From Syntrophaceae bacterium (lineage in GTDB: Bacteria > Desulfobacterota > Syntrophia > Syntrophales > Smithellaceae): a stretch of 64,000 nucleotides of DNA. The position numbers and the translations under genes are program-made. The notes under the pieces are model-generated. The model saw nothing but the letters and a program-made list of their open reading frames with translations. It was not told the origin of the DNA and ran no database searches. Location of the stretch: the NCBI GenBank assembly GCA_009773315.1, contig WRPE01000006.1, positions 11,157 to 75,156 of the forward strand. The letters run 5' to 3'. Positions 37,391 through 47,200 of this stretch are shown here, one piece after another. The first letter of the stretch is position 1, and every line of letters begins with the position of its first letter.

Positions 37391-40270
37391 TCACATTATT
37401 ATCTTTCCCGTCCGCAGATGATCAAACCATTTCACATAGCCTGCCGGTTTGAGAAGATCGAAGGTGTAGAATTGCTTTATAGTATTTTTATGTTCTGACG
37501 GAAAGTTTCCCGGCAATGGCTCCAGTAATTTCGCATTGACTGCTGCAAAATGTCTTTGTGCCCATTCGGCTTTGGCCGGCGTGGCTTCGTCATCATCGTC
37601 ATCGGATTTTATTTCCACAACGCGAAGCAATGTTTCATAGCCTTTATCTTGCAGATTTCTCAGTTCTTCCAAATGGCCAGTTTCGCCTTTTCTTTTCAAT
37701 AAGGCGATGTAGGAATCCAGATTTATTTTGATGAAAAAGTCCGGATTAAATCCATGGCGTACACGGTCTTTGCCGCCCCTCCAATATTCATAATCAATAG
37801 AGTAGTAACCTTTATCGGGCGCTTTAATCCAGGCGTCCAGATATTGCTCATGTGCAAGCAGCCGGAAAACAAATTCCTTCTCGGGATAGTGTGAAACCAG
37901 CACGGTGCTTTGCGGTGATTTCAAAACCGATGGGTTCACGATGTACGGCGGCCGGTCGTCATTTATCAGGATTGGGCGGACATACTCACTGTGTTTGGCG
38001 AGCAGCCCCGTGGAATCAATAAAGCTTAATTCCTGCTGTCCGTCCGGATGAACTTTGGGTTTGCGCGTCGCCATCAGATATTTGATCAGGATTTTTGAGC
38101 GATCATCGAGTTCCTCTTCATAGGATTCGCTGATAAAGGCCGTGGCGTCGCGTTCCAATTCGCCGATGCGGAGCGATCCTCGTTCCATATTTGCCGTAAT
38201 GGCCGGAACAAGGTCGCCTGTGACGTTTTCAAACACGCGCTTTTTTGTGCCGCGCGGCAGAAACATGTTAAAATAAAGCTCTATCTGTTTTCGGTTATCG
38301 TCCGTTAAACCGTCATAGGGTATGTCCGCTTTTTCCATTGCTGCAAGAATGGCATTGCGTATTTCATCTTCTTCGGGACACCGATCATGCTCACCATTGC
38401 CGAAATCAAAATGAATGCCCTCAAATTCACGCATTTTAAAACGACGGTAGCGTTCGTCCACCATACTGTCCACTGTGACGGTTTTCTTTTGCAAAACATA
38501 TTTGTCCGTCCCTTTGATCCGTTCAATGGTCACATTTTCGTCAAGGCTGTATTTGGTCAGGATCAATTCGCGCAAAGGCAACGTTGGCTCTTCCGGCGGC
38601 GTATTATCTTCCAGGCGCGTGCCGGAAAGGTAATTCAGATTAAAAAGGGTAAAGTGGTGACGGCCGCGCCAGTTTTCATCATCGAGCTTGGTCAGCGGTT
38701 CCGTGGTGATATACATATCCGCATTGGTGACGGCGTCCATCAGCTCGCGGATATGATTGGCGAACTTTTCGTGATTGGTCACCGTCAGCATCGGATAGGT
38801 CTGCTGAAGATCATCAAAAAGGACTTTTCGCGGAATGCGCAACCCACGTCCCAGCACCTGCGAGATCAGCAATTTGGAATTGAAAATGCGCTCTTCCATC
38901 GGAACAATCTGAAAAACATTGTCCACATCCCAGCCTTCCAAAAGCTTGCCGACGGAAAAAATAAATTCGACCTTGCCTCCCACTTTATCCGGGTTTGTCT
39001 CTTCAATATTATCCAGCTCCTGCTTATACTCCGATGAAGAAACATTGCTGATAACACAAATAACCCTGGCCCGCGCCATCTGATCAAGTTCCGCTTCAGT
39101 GCCATGGAGGCCGTTTTCTTCTTTTTCCCATTTGGACAAAAAACGAATGAACTCTTCTGAGCGTGTTTTGGCACTGGCCTGTGTCGGGCAATAGAAAACC
39201 GTGATGGGCTTGACCTGACGCCCGCCTTTTCTTTTATAGGCATACTTTTCGGCATTTTCGATGTGCTTTTGCAGGACCACGGCAAAACGCTTATCCGTGG
39301 TCCAGGCCATCGGGCCATCATCCGTTTCCACATTAATAATCGGATTAATGTCCTTGATGTATTTTTCCTTAATGGCCGTGCTGATATTGTAATCGAAAAT
39401 CACATCGGCAAAGTAATCGTCCTGATTGTAGGGCGTTCCCGTAAAACCGATGTGGCGCGTAATTTCCTTGTTCTTTTTTAAAAACTGCATCCAGAGCCGT
39501 TCGGCTTTTTCTTCCGATGCTTTTCCCTTATCCTCTTCGACTTCCTGATCCAGTTCCAGCGCGTGACGGATGGCGTTGAAGTTCAAGTGCGAATAAGCAT
39601 GATGGATTTCATCGCCCAGCACCAAAACTTCCCTGGTGTTTTTAAAAAGCGTGTCGCGGATGCCGCCCACGGTGTAAATGGCGTTGATGTTTTCAATGGT
39701 AATGCTGCCGTCGGGGATGGCGTCGTTATTGGTCAAAAGATCAATGGCTTTACCCGAATATTCTTTGGGCAGCAGGTCATTCCAGGCTTTGCGGTTCATA
39801 AAATCTTCAAACTTGTCGCGCAGACCTTCTTCGATGATGGTGGATGACGGCCCCAGCACCAACACCCGCTTGGTCAGTCCCATGATGACGGAAAGATAAG
39901 CCACGGCGAAAATGACATAGGATTTGCCAGTGCCGGTAGCCATATGGACAACGCCCGAAAGTCGGTCGGCCAGTGGCAAATGCCCCATCATCATTTCTTC
40001 GGAACCGAACCGCTCCCGGATATGCTCTTTGCGGGCAAAGTTTTCTTTAGCCAGTGCAGCGACATTTTTATACCCGCCGCCCCAGAGATAAATCATCGTG
40101 GTCTTGATGGCATCATACTGATATTCGCGCCCGCCCGTCACCGCGCGGACATACTCTTCAATATCGGAAAAGCGGAACTTGTCGTAGCTGCATTTGCGCA
40201 GATTAACATCCAGCGTATGCTCGGAGAGGTTCAGTTTTTCGACGGTTTTTATTCTTTTTGTCTTGGCCAT
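37391..40270 (-). CDS. res: Type III restriction enzyme Res-like subunit (SF2 DEAH helicase plus C-terminal PD-(D/E)xK nuclease)
   Basis: 959-aa ORF with helicase motifs (REYQYDAI, MATGTGKS, LGDEIHH, QVLGRGLR). A C-terminal nuclease-like NPDFFIK...VVEIKSD is present. The ATG lies 2 nt after the mod stop. Confidence 0.8.
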   Translation of the reverse strand: MAKTKRIKTVEKLNLSEHTLDVNLRKCSYDKFRFSDIEEYVRAVTGGREYQYDAIKTTMIYLWGGGYKNVAALAKENFARKEHIRERFGSEEMMMGHLPLADRLSGVVHMATGTGKSYVIFAVAYLSVIMGLTKRVLVLGPSSTIIEEGLRDKFEDFMNRKAWNDLLPKEYSGKAIDLLTNNDAIPDGSITIENINAIYTVGGIRDTLFKNTREVLVLGDEIHHAYSHLNFNAIRHALELDQEVEEDKGKASEEKAERLWMQFLKKNKEITRHIGFTGTPYNQDDYFADVIFDYNISTAIKEKYIKDINPIINVETDDGPMAWTTDKRFAVVLQKHIENAEKYAYKRKGGRQVKPITVFYCPTQASAKTRSEEFIRFLSKWEKEENGLHGTEAELDQMARARVICVISNVSSSEYKQELDNIEETNPDKVGGKVEFIFSVGKLLEGWDVDNVFQIVPMEERIFNSKLLISQVLGRGLRIPRKVLFDDLQQTYPMLTVTNHEKFANHIRELMDAVTNADMYITTEPLTKLDDENWRGRHHFTLFNLNYLSGTRLEDNTPPEEPTLPLRELILTKYSLDENVTIERIKGTDKYVLQKKTVTVDSMVDERYRRFKMREFEGIHFDFGNGEHDRCPEEDEIRNAILAAMEKADIPYDGLTDDNRKQIELYFNMFLPRGTKKRVFENVTGDLVPAITANMERGSLRIGELERDATAFISESYEEELDDRSKILIKYLMATRKPKVHPDGQQELSFIDSTGLLAKHSEYVRPILINDDRPPYIVNPSVLKSPQSTVLVSHYPEKEFVFRLLAHEQYLDAWIKAPDKGYYSIDYEYWRGGKDRVRHGFNPDFFIKINLDSYIALLKRKGETGHLEELRNLQDKGYETLLRVVEIKSDDDDDEATPAKAEWAQRHFAAVNAKLLEPLPGNFPSEHKNTIKQFYTFDLLKPAGYVKWFDHLRTGKIIM

Positions 40271-40272
40271 GT

Positions 40273-42408
40273 TTATTCCAGATTATAGGGTTTGGATTCG
40301 TTGCCATGACGGTCGATGGCGATAAGTCCCACGCTTTTGGTCAGGCCGTCAAAGACGACCTTGCCGTCTTCGGCAATGTCCGCTGCAAAAATAGTTTTGT
40401 CCATATCAAAAGGTTTGCCGGGTTCATAATCCAGATCGATAAGGAGCATCGCCAAACCGGAAAACCCCGGAAACTTTTTGCCTTCCCTGTCCAGTATTTT
40501 CGTTTCAAACTTGCACAGCTTAAAGCCTTTGGCGCAGCGCTTGGCCTTAATCTTGACGTCGTCGTTGAAGTAAAAGGCGGTGGAGGTGATGAGATTGTTC
40601 ACGTTGGCCTGGGAGTTGGGCTGCTCACAGAGCACAAAATTGCGGGAAATGTCTTCCAGCACTTTGTAGGGAAAGGGTTTGATCAGAAAATGGATGTCCC
40701 GGCCTTCCTGATTTTTAATCGTCGTATCGCCCACATTGGTGCAGCTCTCCGGCGTGATGATGTAGTATTCACCCTTCAAGCGGCCACCCGCCTGCGTGGC
40801 GATTCCGCGCAGATAGGTGGCATCAATTTTTACCTGCTTGAGGAACTGGTCATCCCAAACCGGATAGACTTCCACCGGATGATTGTCCCAAAGGGCGTAG
40901 ATATTAGCCAGACGGTATTTTTTTGTTTTTTCTTCATCGCGCACCTGACCAAATAAACCCAGCACGAAATCGATATAGGCTTCCTTGTGTTTGCGCAAAT
41001 CCATGACATGCGAAAAATCATAGGCACCGGCGGAGACGACACAAAAAGGTTTCGGTGGCTGGCTATATTTCTCAACCTTTTCGTTAGCTTCCCTATGATA
41101 AATTAAACCACACACTTTACACTTCTTGTATTCATCATTCTCAGCAACAACACTGTTACATTTATCGCATCGTTCTATATTATCAGTATTTTCTTTTGAA
41201 TTAGCGCCTAGTTTTTTCGAAGAGCCGATATTCAAAATGCGTTTTTGCATGGTATAAATGGCGTGTTTGCCAAAATCGCAGGTAATCCAGCGGCGGCTGA
41301 GTTTTTCGGCAACGGCGGCAGTGGTGCCGGAACCGCCAAAAATGTCCATAACTAGGTCGCCGGGGTTCGAGGAAGCTAAGATTATCCTCTCGAGCAAGGA
41401 CTCTGGTTTTTGGGTGGGGTATTCCAATCTTTCAACTGCTTGTGAATTAACTTCAGGTATGTCTATCCACATATCCGTAAGAGGTTCACCCTTTGCCTCA
41501 TCTAAATAACGAATTAAACCAAGCTTTCCAGATGGATAGTGATAAATCTTGCCTTCTGCTTCAAATTTTTTTATGGATGCCTCAGAATATGTACCAATCG
41601 TATCAATCCTATATAATCGACCATCTGCGTTTGGCTTGAATTTTGCCTTTAGATACTTTTCTGAATACTCTTTGTATCCAGCAACCCAAGTTACATTTTC
41701 ACTTTTTGAATAGAACAGGATATTGTCTGATGATCTTGCGTATTGCTGTGATACTGCTTTTGCACCTCTTGGGGGCTGTCTCCGCCATCGAACATCATTT
41801 CTAAAATTTGTATCTCCAAACACTTCATCAAGAAGCACTTTGAGGTAATGATTTTTCTTACCATCTAGATGCAGGTACAAACTTCCATTCTCTGCCAATA
41901 TTTCGCGCATAAAGATTAAACGTTCACGAAGATCTTCTAAAAATTCGGCTGACGCAACTTTGTCGCTGTAGCTTGAGGCACCATCTTTGGACTGGAAATC
42001 CGATTTCGTCGCAAACGGCGGATCAAGATACATGAGTTTCACTTTCCCTTTGACCTTATCTTTAATCAGCGGGTCAACATTGCGGTAACAGGTTTTCAAA
42101 AATTGCAGGTTGTCGCCCTGGACAATCAGGTTTTTCCACTCACCGTTTTTCGTCTCGCCCAGGCAGCGGACGGTTTGCAGCGGCGCGGCGCCGATGCCCG
42201 CGTGGGCTTCCGCCAGAATCGCCGCCTTGGAGCGCTTGCCCGCATATTCCAGCGTGGGAATCTTGGCGCGGTCCAGCGCCTGCACATCAAACTTTTCCGC
42301 CATGCCCGGAAACAGCTTGGGCAGCAAATTGGGTTTGGGCTCTACGCCCTTATTGATTGCCTCGATCAAACCGGCTTTGTCTTCTTCCGTTAAATTGAGC
42401 TTAACCAT
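40273..42408 (-). CDS. mod: Type III-like DNA methyltransferase Mod (beta-class N6/N4) with Zn-ribbon insert and long C-terminal extension
   Basis: 711-aa ORF. Motif IV (LDPPF) precedes motif I ([11 protein letters not shown]), with [14 protein letters not shown] between them. A CDKC...CKVC zinc-ribbon follows, then about 270 further residues. Confidence 0.85.
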   Translation of the reverse strand: MVKLNLTEEDKAGLIEAINKGVEPKPNLLPKLFPGMAEKFDVQALDRAKIPTLEYAGKRSKAAILAEAHAGIGAAPLQTVRCLGETKNGEWKNLIVQGDNLQFLKTCYRNVDPLIKDKVKGKVKLMYLDPPFATKSDFQSKDGASSYSDKVASAEFLEDLRERLIFMREILAENGSLYLHLDGKKNHYLKVLLDEVFGDTNFRNDVRWRRQPPRGAKAVSQQYARSSDNILFYSKSENVTWVAGYKEYSEKYLKAKFKPNADGRLYRIDTIGTYSEASIKKFEAEGKIYHYPSGKLGLIRYLDEAKGEPLTDMWIDIPEVNSQAVERLEYPTQKPESLLERIILASSNPGDLVMDIFGGSGTTAAVAEKLSRRWITCDFGKHAIYTMQKRILNIGSSKKLGANSKENTDNIERCDKCNSVVAENDEYKKCKVCGLIYHREANEKVEKYSQPPKPFCVVSAGAYDFSHVMDLRKHKEAYIDFVLGLFGQVRDEEKTKKYRLANIYALWDNHPVEVYPVWDDQFLKQVKIDATYLRGIATQAGGRLKGEYYIITPESCTNVGDTTIKNQEGRDIHFLIKPFPYKVLEDISRNFVLCEQPNSQANVNNLITSTAFYFNDDVKIKAKRCAKGFKLCKFETKILDREGKKFPGFSGLAMLLIDLDYEPGKPFDMDKTIFAADIAEDGKVVFDGLTKSVGLIAIDRHGNESKPYNLE

Positions 42409-42422
42409 TGATCCTCCATGCG
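42088..42422 (-). repeat. Direct repeat copy B (5-prime end of intact mod plus 14 nt upstream)
   Basis: Partner of 36355-36689; see that entry. Confidence 0.85.
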
Positions 42423-42944
42423 CCGCCGCGCGCGGAACCCACTCGCGCGATTGCGCCTTTGCTTTTAAGTTTCTTCAAATTGTTTTCCACGGCCGTCGTG
42501 CCGATGCCAACTATTTCCGACAAGCCGTTGATTGTAATGCGCGGATCAGTGGCGATTGCTTCCAGAATTTTTGTTTGATTCCGGCTCAAATTTTCTCCCC
42601 ACTTTCTCCCCACTTTCACCCCGCTTTTCACCCAACCCATCACCCAACTGTCCGCCGACCTTCTTCTCCGACTTTCCCTTGTGGAAATGAACAGAAAGGC
42701 CCCCGAATTCTTCTTTAAATTCCGGCTCCGGCAATCCGGCCTTTTTGCATTCATCCATAATCTTCACTGTGCCGCGGCCCCAAGCTTCAATCATGCCTGC
42801 CTTGAAAAAGACGTCGGCCAACAGCTCATTGCGCGGCCGGGATAAGTGCCATTTCTTTAAATCCGAAACGTTGATGCCGGGCGGCAGCCCGCCTTCATTC
42901 CAGACCTGTTTGAATTCCTTATTCTGATTTTCAACCTTGTGCAT
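42401..42944 (-). pseudogene. Decayed AlbA_2/Schlafen-type putative regulator (RecG-like C-terminal family): internally deleted and frameshifted
   Basis: Two overlapping ORFs lie in different frames (42546-42944 and 42401-42754). The first starts like an AlbA_2 N-terminus (ENQNKEFKQVW), then jumps to the ATPase-like C-terminal part (SRPRNELLADVFFKAGMIEAWGRGTVKI). The second carries the terminal wHTH ([44 protein letters not shown]). Confidence 0.6.
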
Positions 42945-44107
42945 TATGCTATCTCTTTTGTCTTTTTAGAAAACTTCAAGTCGCCAATATTTTGTAGTGG
43001 AAGGACCGAAATTTTTTCATGAACCGGATACTGTGTATTGCCGGGGTAAACAATCCATAAATGTTCAAGCTTCAATGTTTCCAGAGCCGAATGGATGGAT
43101 TTAGTCGCAACGGGAGCTTCGCTGTATTTAAATTCCAAGCCATAGCGCCGCCCGTTATGGAGGAAAAACAGATCAAGCTCCGCTCCGCTGTATGTTGACC
43201 AGAAATAAATCTGCCGCGTATCAAGAACGCCCAGCGTTTGTTCCAGTGCAAAACCTTCCCACGACGCCCCGACGCGCGGGTGGCCGGTAAGCGACTGAAA
43301 ATCGGAAAGACTCAGTAACTGGTGGAGAATCCCTGAATCACGAAAGTAGATTTTGGGCGCTTTCACCTGGCGTTTGCTCAGATTCTCGTGCCAGGGCATT
43401 AACTGGCGAATCATGAAGGTGCCCGAAAGAATGTCGAGATAGCCGCGCATGGTTTTGTCGGAAAATCCCATGGCCCGCCCCAATTCTGAAGCATTCCAGA
43501 TCTGTCCGTGGTAGTGAGCCAGCATGGTCCAGAAACGCCTCATGGCGGCGGCCGGGATGGAAATGCCCAGTTGAGGAATATCGCGCTCCAGAAAAGTCCG
43601 AATGAATCCCTCCCGCCAGGACGCACTATCCGTGTCGGAAGATGCAAGAAAAGAACGGGGGAATCCGCCCCGCAGCCAGAGTTTCCGCTCGTCTTTTGGT
43701 TTGATCTCCGAAAGTGTAAACCCCGTCAATTCCACAAATTCAACACGTCCGGCAAGTGTTTCCGAAGCTTTCTTCATCAGTTCCGGCGATGCGCTGCCTA
43801 AAATTAAAAAACGGGTCTGATTTTCAGGCCGGTCAACGAGCACCCTTAAAACATTGAAGAGTTCCGGCATGCTCTGGATTTCATCCAGGATGACCGTGCC
43901 TTTCAGGCTGCCCAGGGCAAGCTCGGGATTTTGCAGTCGCGTCTGGTCAGGCCGGGATTCGAGATCGAAATAGGTCGCAACACGGTTTTGACCAAACAGC
44001 CGCGCCAGCGTCGTTTTGCCGCATTGCCGAGGGCCCAGCAGGGCTGTCACCGGCGAGCGCCGCAAGGCATTGGACAGTTGTTCAATAGAGGATGGCCGTT
44101 TAATCAT
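42944..44107 (-). CDS. COG1373-type AAA ATPase with C-terminal DUF4143 / PD-(D/E)xK-like region (paralogue of 35173-36312)
   Basis: Walker A (GPRQCGKTT), Walker B (VILDEIQ), and C-terminal GAELDLF...GLEFKY. I chose the start at MIKRPSSIEQL (ATG 44107), because the track start at 44155 reads through a 39-bp palindrome. Confidence 0.8.
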   Translation of the reverse strand: MIKRPSSIEQLSNALRRSPVTALLGPRQCGKTTLARLFGQNRVATYFDLESRPDQTRLQNPELALGSLKGTVILDEIQSMPELFNVLRVLVDRPENQTRFLILGSASPELMKKASETLAGRVEFVELTGFTLSEIKPKDERKLWLRGGFPRSFLASSDTDSASWREGFIRTFLERDIPQLGISIPAAAMRRFWTMLAHYHGQIWNASELGRAMGFSDKTMRGYLDILSGTFMIRQLMPWHENLSKRQVKAPKIYFRDSGILHQLLSLSDFQSLTGHPRVGASWEGFALEQTLGVLDTRQIYFWSTYSGAELDLFFLHNGRRYGLEFKYSEAPVATKSIHSALETLKLEHLWIVYPGNTQYPVHEKISVLPLQNIGDLKFSKKTKEIA

Positions 44108-44119
44108 GTCAAACCTTAT

Positions 44120-44158
44120 ACATTGAATATTCGGATTGTCAATCCGAATATTCAATGT
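44120..44158. repeat. 39-bp near-perfect palindrome upstream of the second ATPase gene
   Basis: ACATTGAATATTCGGATTG-T-CAATCCGAATATTCAATGT: 19-bp arms with a single central nucleotide, 13 nt upstream of ATG 44107. Confidence 0.85.
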
Positions 44159-44269
44159 TACATATTAAATCCAAAGTGACCGCGCTTTTCAGAAGTCCCG
44201 CAAACACGGAGGGTCTGATAACCTGATACCCTGAAGGGCACGCGAGACCCGCTCAACATTGTAGGGTTT

Positions 44270-47200
44270 TCAGTTGAAGCTCTCCTGCAATAACTGGTTT
44301 AATACATCCTTTTCCGTCTGCCCCTGGGTTTGCGGCCTTAGGTTGAATTTGTTGATACGCAGGAATCGGTAACCGTAGCTTTCCAGTTCCATTTGTCTTT
44401 GCGTGTCGTAATCCAGATAGCTCTGCGAAAAGTTAAGGTTGTTGACGTCGCGCGGATTTTGAAAATGATATTCCAGACCGTCATATTCCAAAATCAACGT
44501 TTCTTCCTTGCCGCCTTTGGCATAGGTCAAAAGAAAATCAGCACGGTATTTTGGAATACAGGCGTTATACTCGGCTGCAATATATTTTCCGATGTCAAAC
44601 TGCGGGATGATCTTGATATGCTCGCGCCGCTCTTGCACAAAGGAGGTTTCCAGAAGCAATGCATATAATTTCTTCTCCATGGGCGATTCAAAAACTGCTT
44701 CATTTTCAATGAAAAAATCATTTTTCTTATTGAGTTCCAATGTGCTGGCATAGTGTTTGAGCGCATCGCCCAGGCGCGTGTTGCTGAACTGTTCAACCGG
44801 CTGGCTCATAACAAAAATCATGGTGTCTTTGGCGCGGCTGAAACCGACATTCAGCCTTTGCATTTTGAGGCTGCGAATATTATCCGCCGTGCCTTCCAGC
44901 ACGGGGTAGATGCTGGCTAAATTGGCGTTTTTCAGTTTTTTATCTTCCACAAACGAATAATAAACAATGTCGCGCTCTTCACCCTGCACATCACCGACAA
45001 ACCAGATGGCCAGTTTGTGGTCACGCCTCAGAATTGCCATGTTGAATCGTTCATTGAGCGACTGCTCCATGCGCGCCTGTTGTTCTTTAAAAGATGTAAT
45101 GATGCCGATGGTGCCCTTAAACCCGTTATCCAGACGTTTTTTAATATCATTAGCAATCGCTTCAATTTCGTCCAGATTGGTATTGGGACTGGCCTTGCCT
45201 TGCGTCTCGACAGAGATAAACTGCAATACGTCGCTGATGGGCTTGGTGCGGATGCGGTTGACGGTCAGTTCCATCTGCGCTTCCTTGTAAAAATGATCGT
45301 TGGAATAGCTGATAATTTCCGGGAAGCTGCGGAAGTGCTCTTTGAGCGACGTTGTATAGTTGGCAATGGCCTTGGCAAAGGTCAGCGTTGAGGTGCGGAT
45401 GTTGAAGGTTTTGAGCCACAGCACGGTGCCGTCTTGCGGCTTGAGCAAGGTATCGCTCACCTGATCGTCCGGCGAAATTTCTTTGGATACCTCATCAACC
45501 AGTTCCTTTTCGGCGGCTGCCGTCACGGTGGTGTTGTAGTCATCGGCAAAGGCGTTGATGATTTTGGCAAAATAGCTTGCTGAATACCGGGCATTGACAT
45601 TGGTGGCGCTCACCGCGCCGTATTGGTATTCATCGCCGAAGATCACCACCTGTTTGGCGCGCAAAATGAGCGAAATGGAATCGGCAATGGACACCTGCGA
45701 GGCTTCGTCAATAATCAGCACATCGATCAAGCCTTCTTCCATCGGGAAATGCCGGGAGATTGTGCCGGGTTCGGCAATAATGCAGGACACGCCGTCCAGG
45801 AGCACTTTAGCTTCCTCCATGGAAAATCGTTTTCCGCCTTCATAGGATACTTTGATTCTGGCCATTTCTCCCAGATGGTTATTGAGATTTTTCAAACGCT
45901 GGTCGTTGAGATTTTCAATTTCTTTTTGTTTGATCCGGTAATAGTTTTGGATGTCCGTCAGATGAAGGCCAGGCGTCCGGGCATGTTCGGAAAGATAGCC
46001 ATGCAGCTGAATCCATTGCCAGGCATGTTTGATCTTTTCGTCATGTCCCTTTAGTTTGGCCAGCCCCTCCAGGCTTATCCGGGTTATGCCGAAATGAAGC
46101 AGCAGGGGGCCGTAGTTCTGAAACGAAGACTGCAACGCCTGATACAGAGCAAGGGTTAACAATTCTTTAAATTCGTCTAATTTTCTAAATGCTTCATAAA
46201 TATCACCGATGTTTTTGTTCTGATTGCCGGGCAGTGCGCGATAAGCTGCCAGCAAGCCCTTGTATTTGCGAATGGATAAGACAAGGCGGATTTTTTCCAA
46301 ACCGGTTGTAAGGTCACGGATGGTTACATTTTCTTTATCCATGTTCAGGATATGAGCAATTTCCTTGAGAACACTGGCAAACTGTAAGCTGGAAAGCGTC
46401 TCCAGAAGAGACTGAAGTTCTTCTTCCTTTGGGGCTTTGCCCAGCAGTTTTTTAAAGAAGCCCGAGGTAGTGTGCTTTGTGCTGACGGCCGATATTTTTA
46501 TATTATCCTGGAAATACATTTTAAGCTTTTCCAGCAATGCGGAAAAACTGGCAGGTATTTCCGCAAGCGACGTTTCCAGTTGCCGGTCTGCTTCGGGAAT
46601 ACGGTTAAGCTCTTCACAGGCTTTCAGAAATTCCGGTATTTTTGTTTTCTGATCCAGAAGATAGGCGTATTCCTCAAGGCTGGCGTGGTCAAGCTTTGGC
46701 AAAACGCCGGAATCCAGAAAATCCTGAATAACGGGAAAGTCGGTTTTCTGATCGGGCTGCTTTATCGTTGCCAGAATAGAGGCCAGTTCTGCGTCTTTTG
46801 CCAGTTCCTGATCGACATAATCAAACTGGATGATCTTTTGAATCATTTCCTCATAACAACCGGCCTGCCTTAGTTTGTCCTCAATCTTACGAATCAGGTT
46901 CTCGCTCTGTTTCTTTTCATCGTTTTCGGTAGCCTCTCTGTTGTATTCGAGCGCCCGATTGCTTGCCGCGCCGACCACCGAATTGGTCAAGGTGTTTTGA
47001 AGATTGTTTGCCGACCCCGTTTCCTTGTCCATGCGGACAATGGAAGGTTTGGCCTGCGGGTGCAGGGATTTATATTTATCCGTCAGCATGCGGTCGATGA
47101 CATCCAGCGCCTCCTGCTTGTGTGAGGTAATAACCACGGATTTTTTATTTTCATTGGCCCAATAGGTGAGCGCGGCAATGGTATGCGATTTGCCCGTACC

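Noticed and set aside
40258-40956. 232-aa plus-strand ORF, plus the ORFs at 42103-42718 and 36341-36594
   Set aside because: They are antisense to mod, to the mod fragment and to the AlbA_2 remnant. They recur only because the underlying sequence is duplicated.
44108-44155. 16-codon N-terminal extension (MNIRIDNPNIQCIRFD) of the second ATPase
   Set aside because: It is simply the translation of the 39-bp palindrome. The paralogue alignment supports the start at MIKRP.
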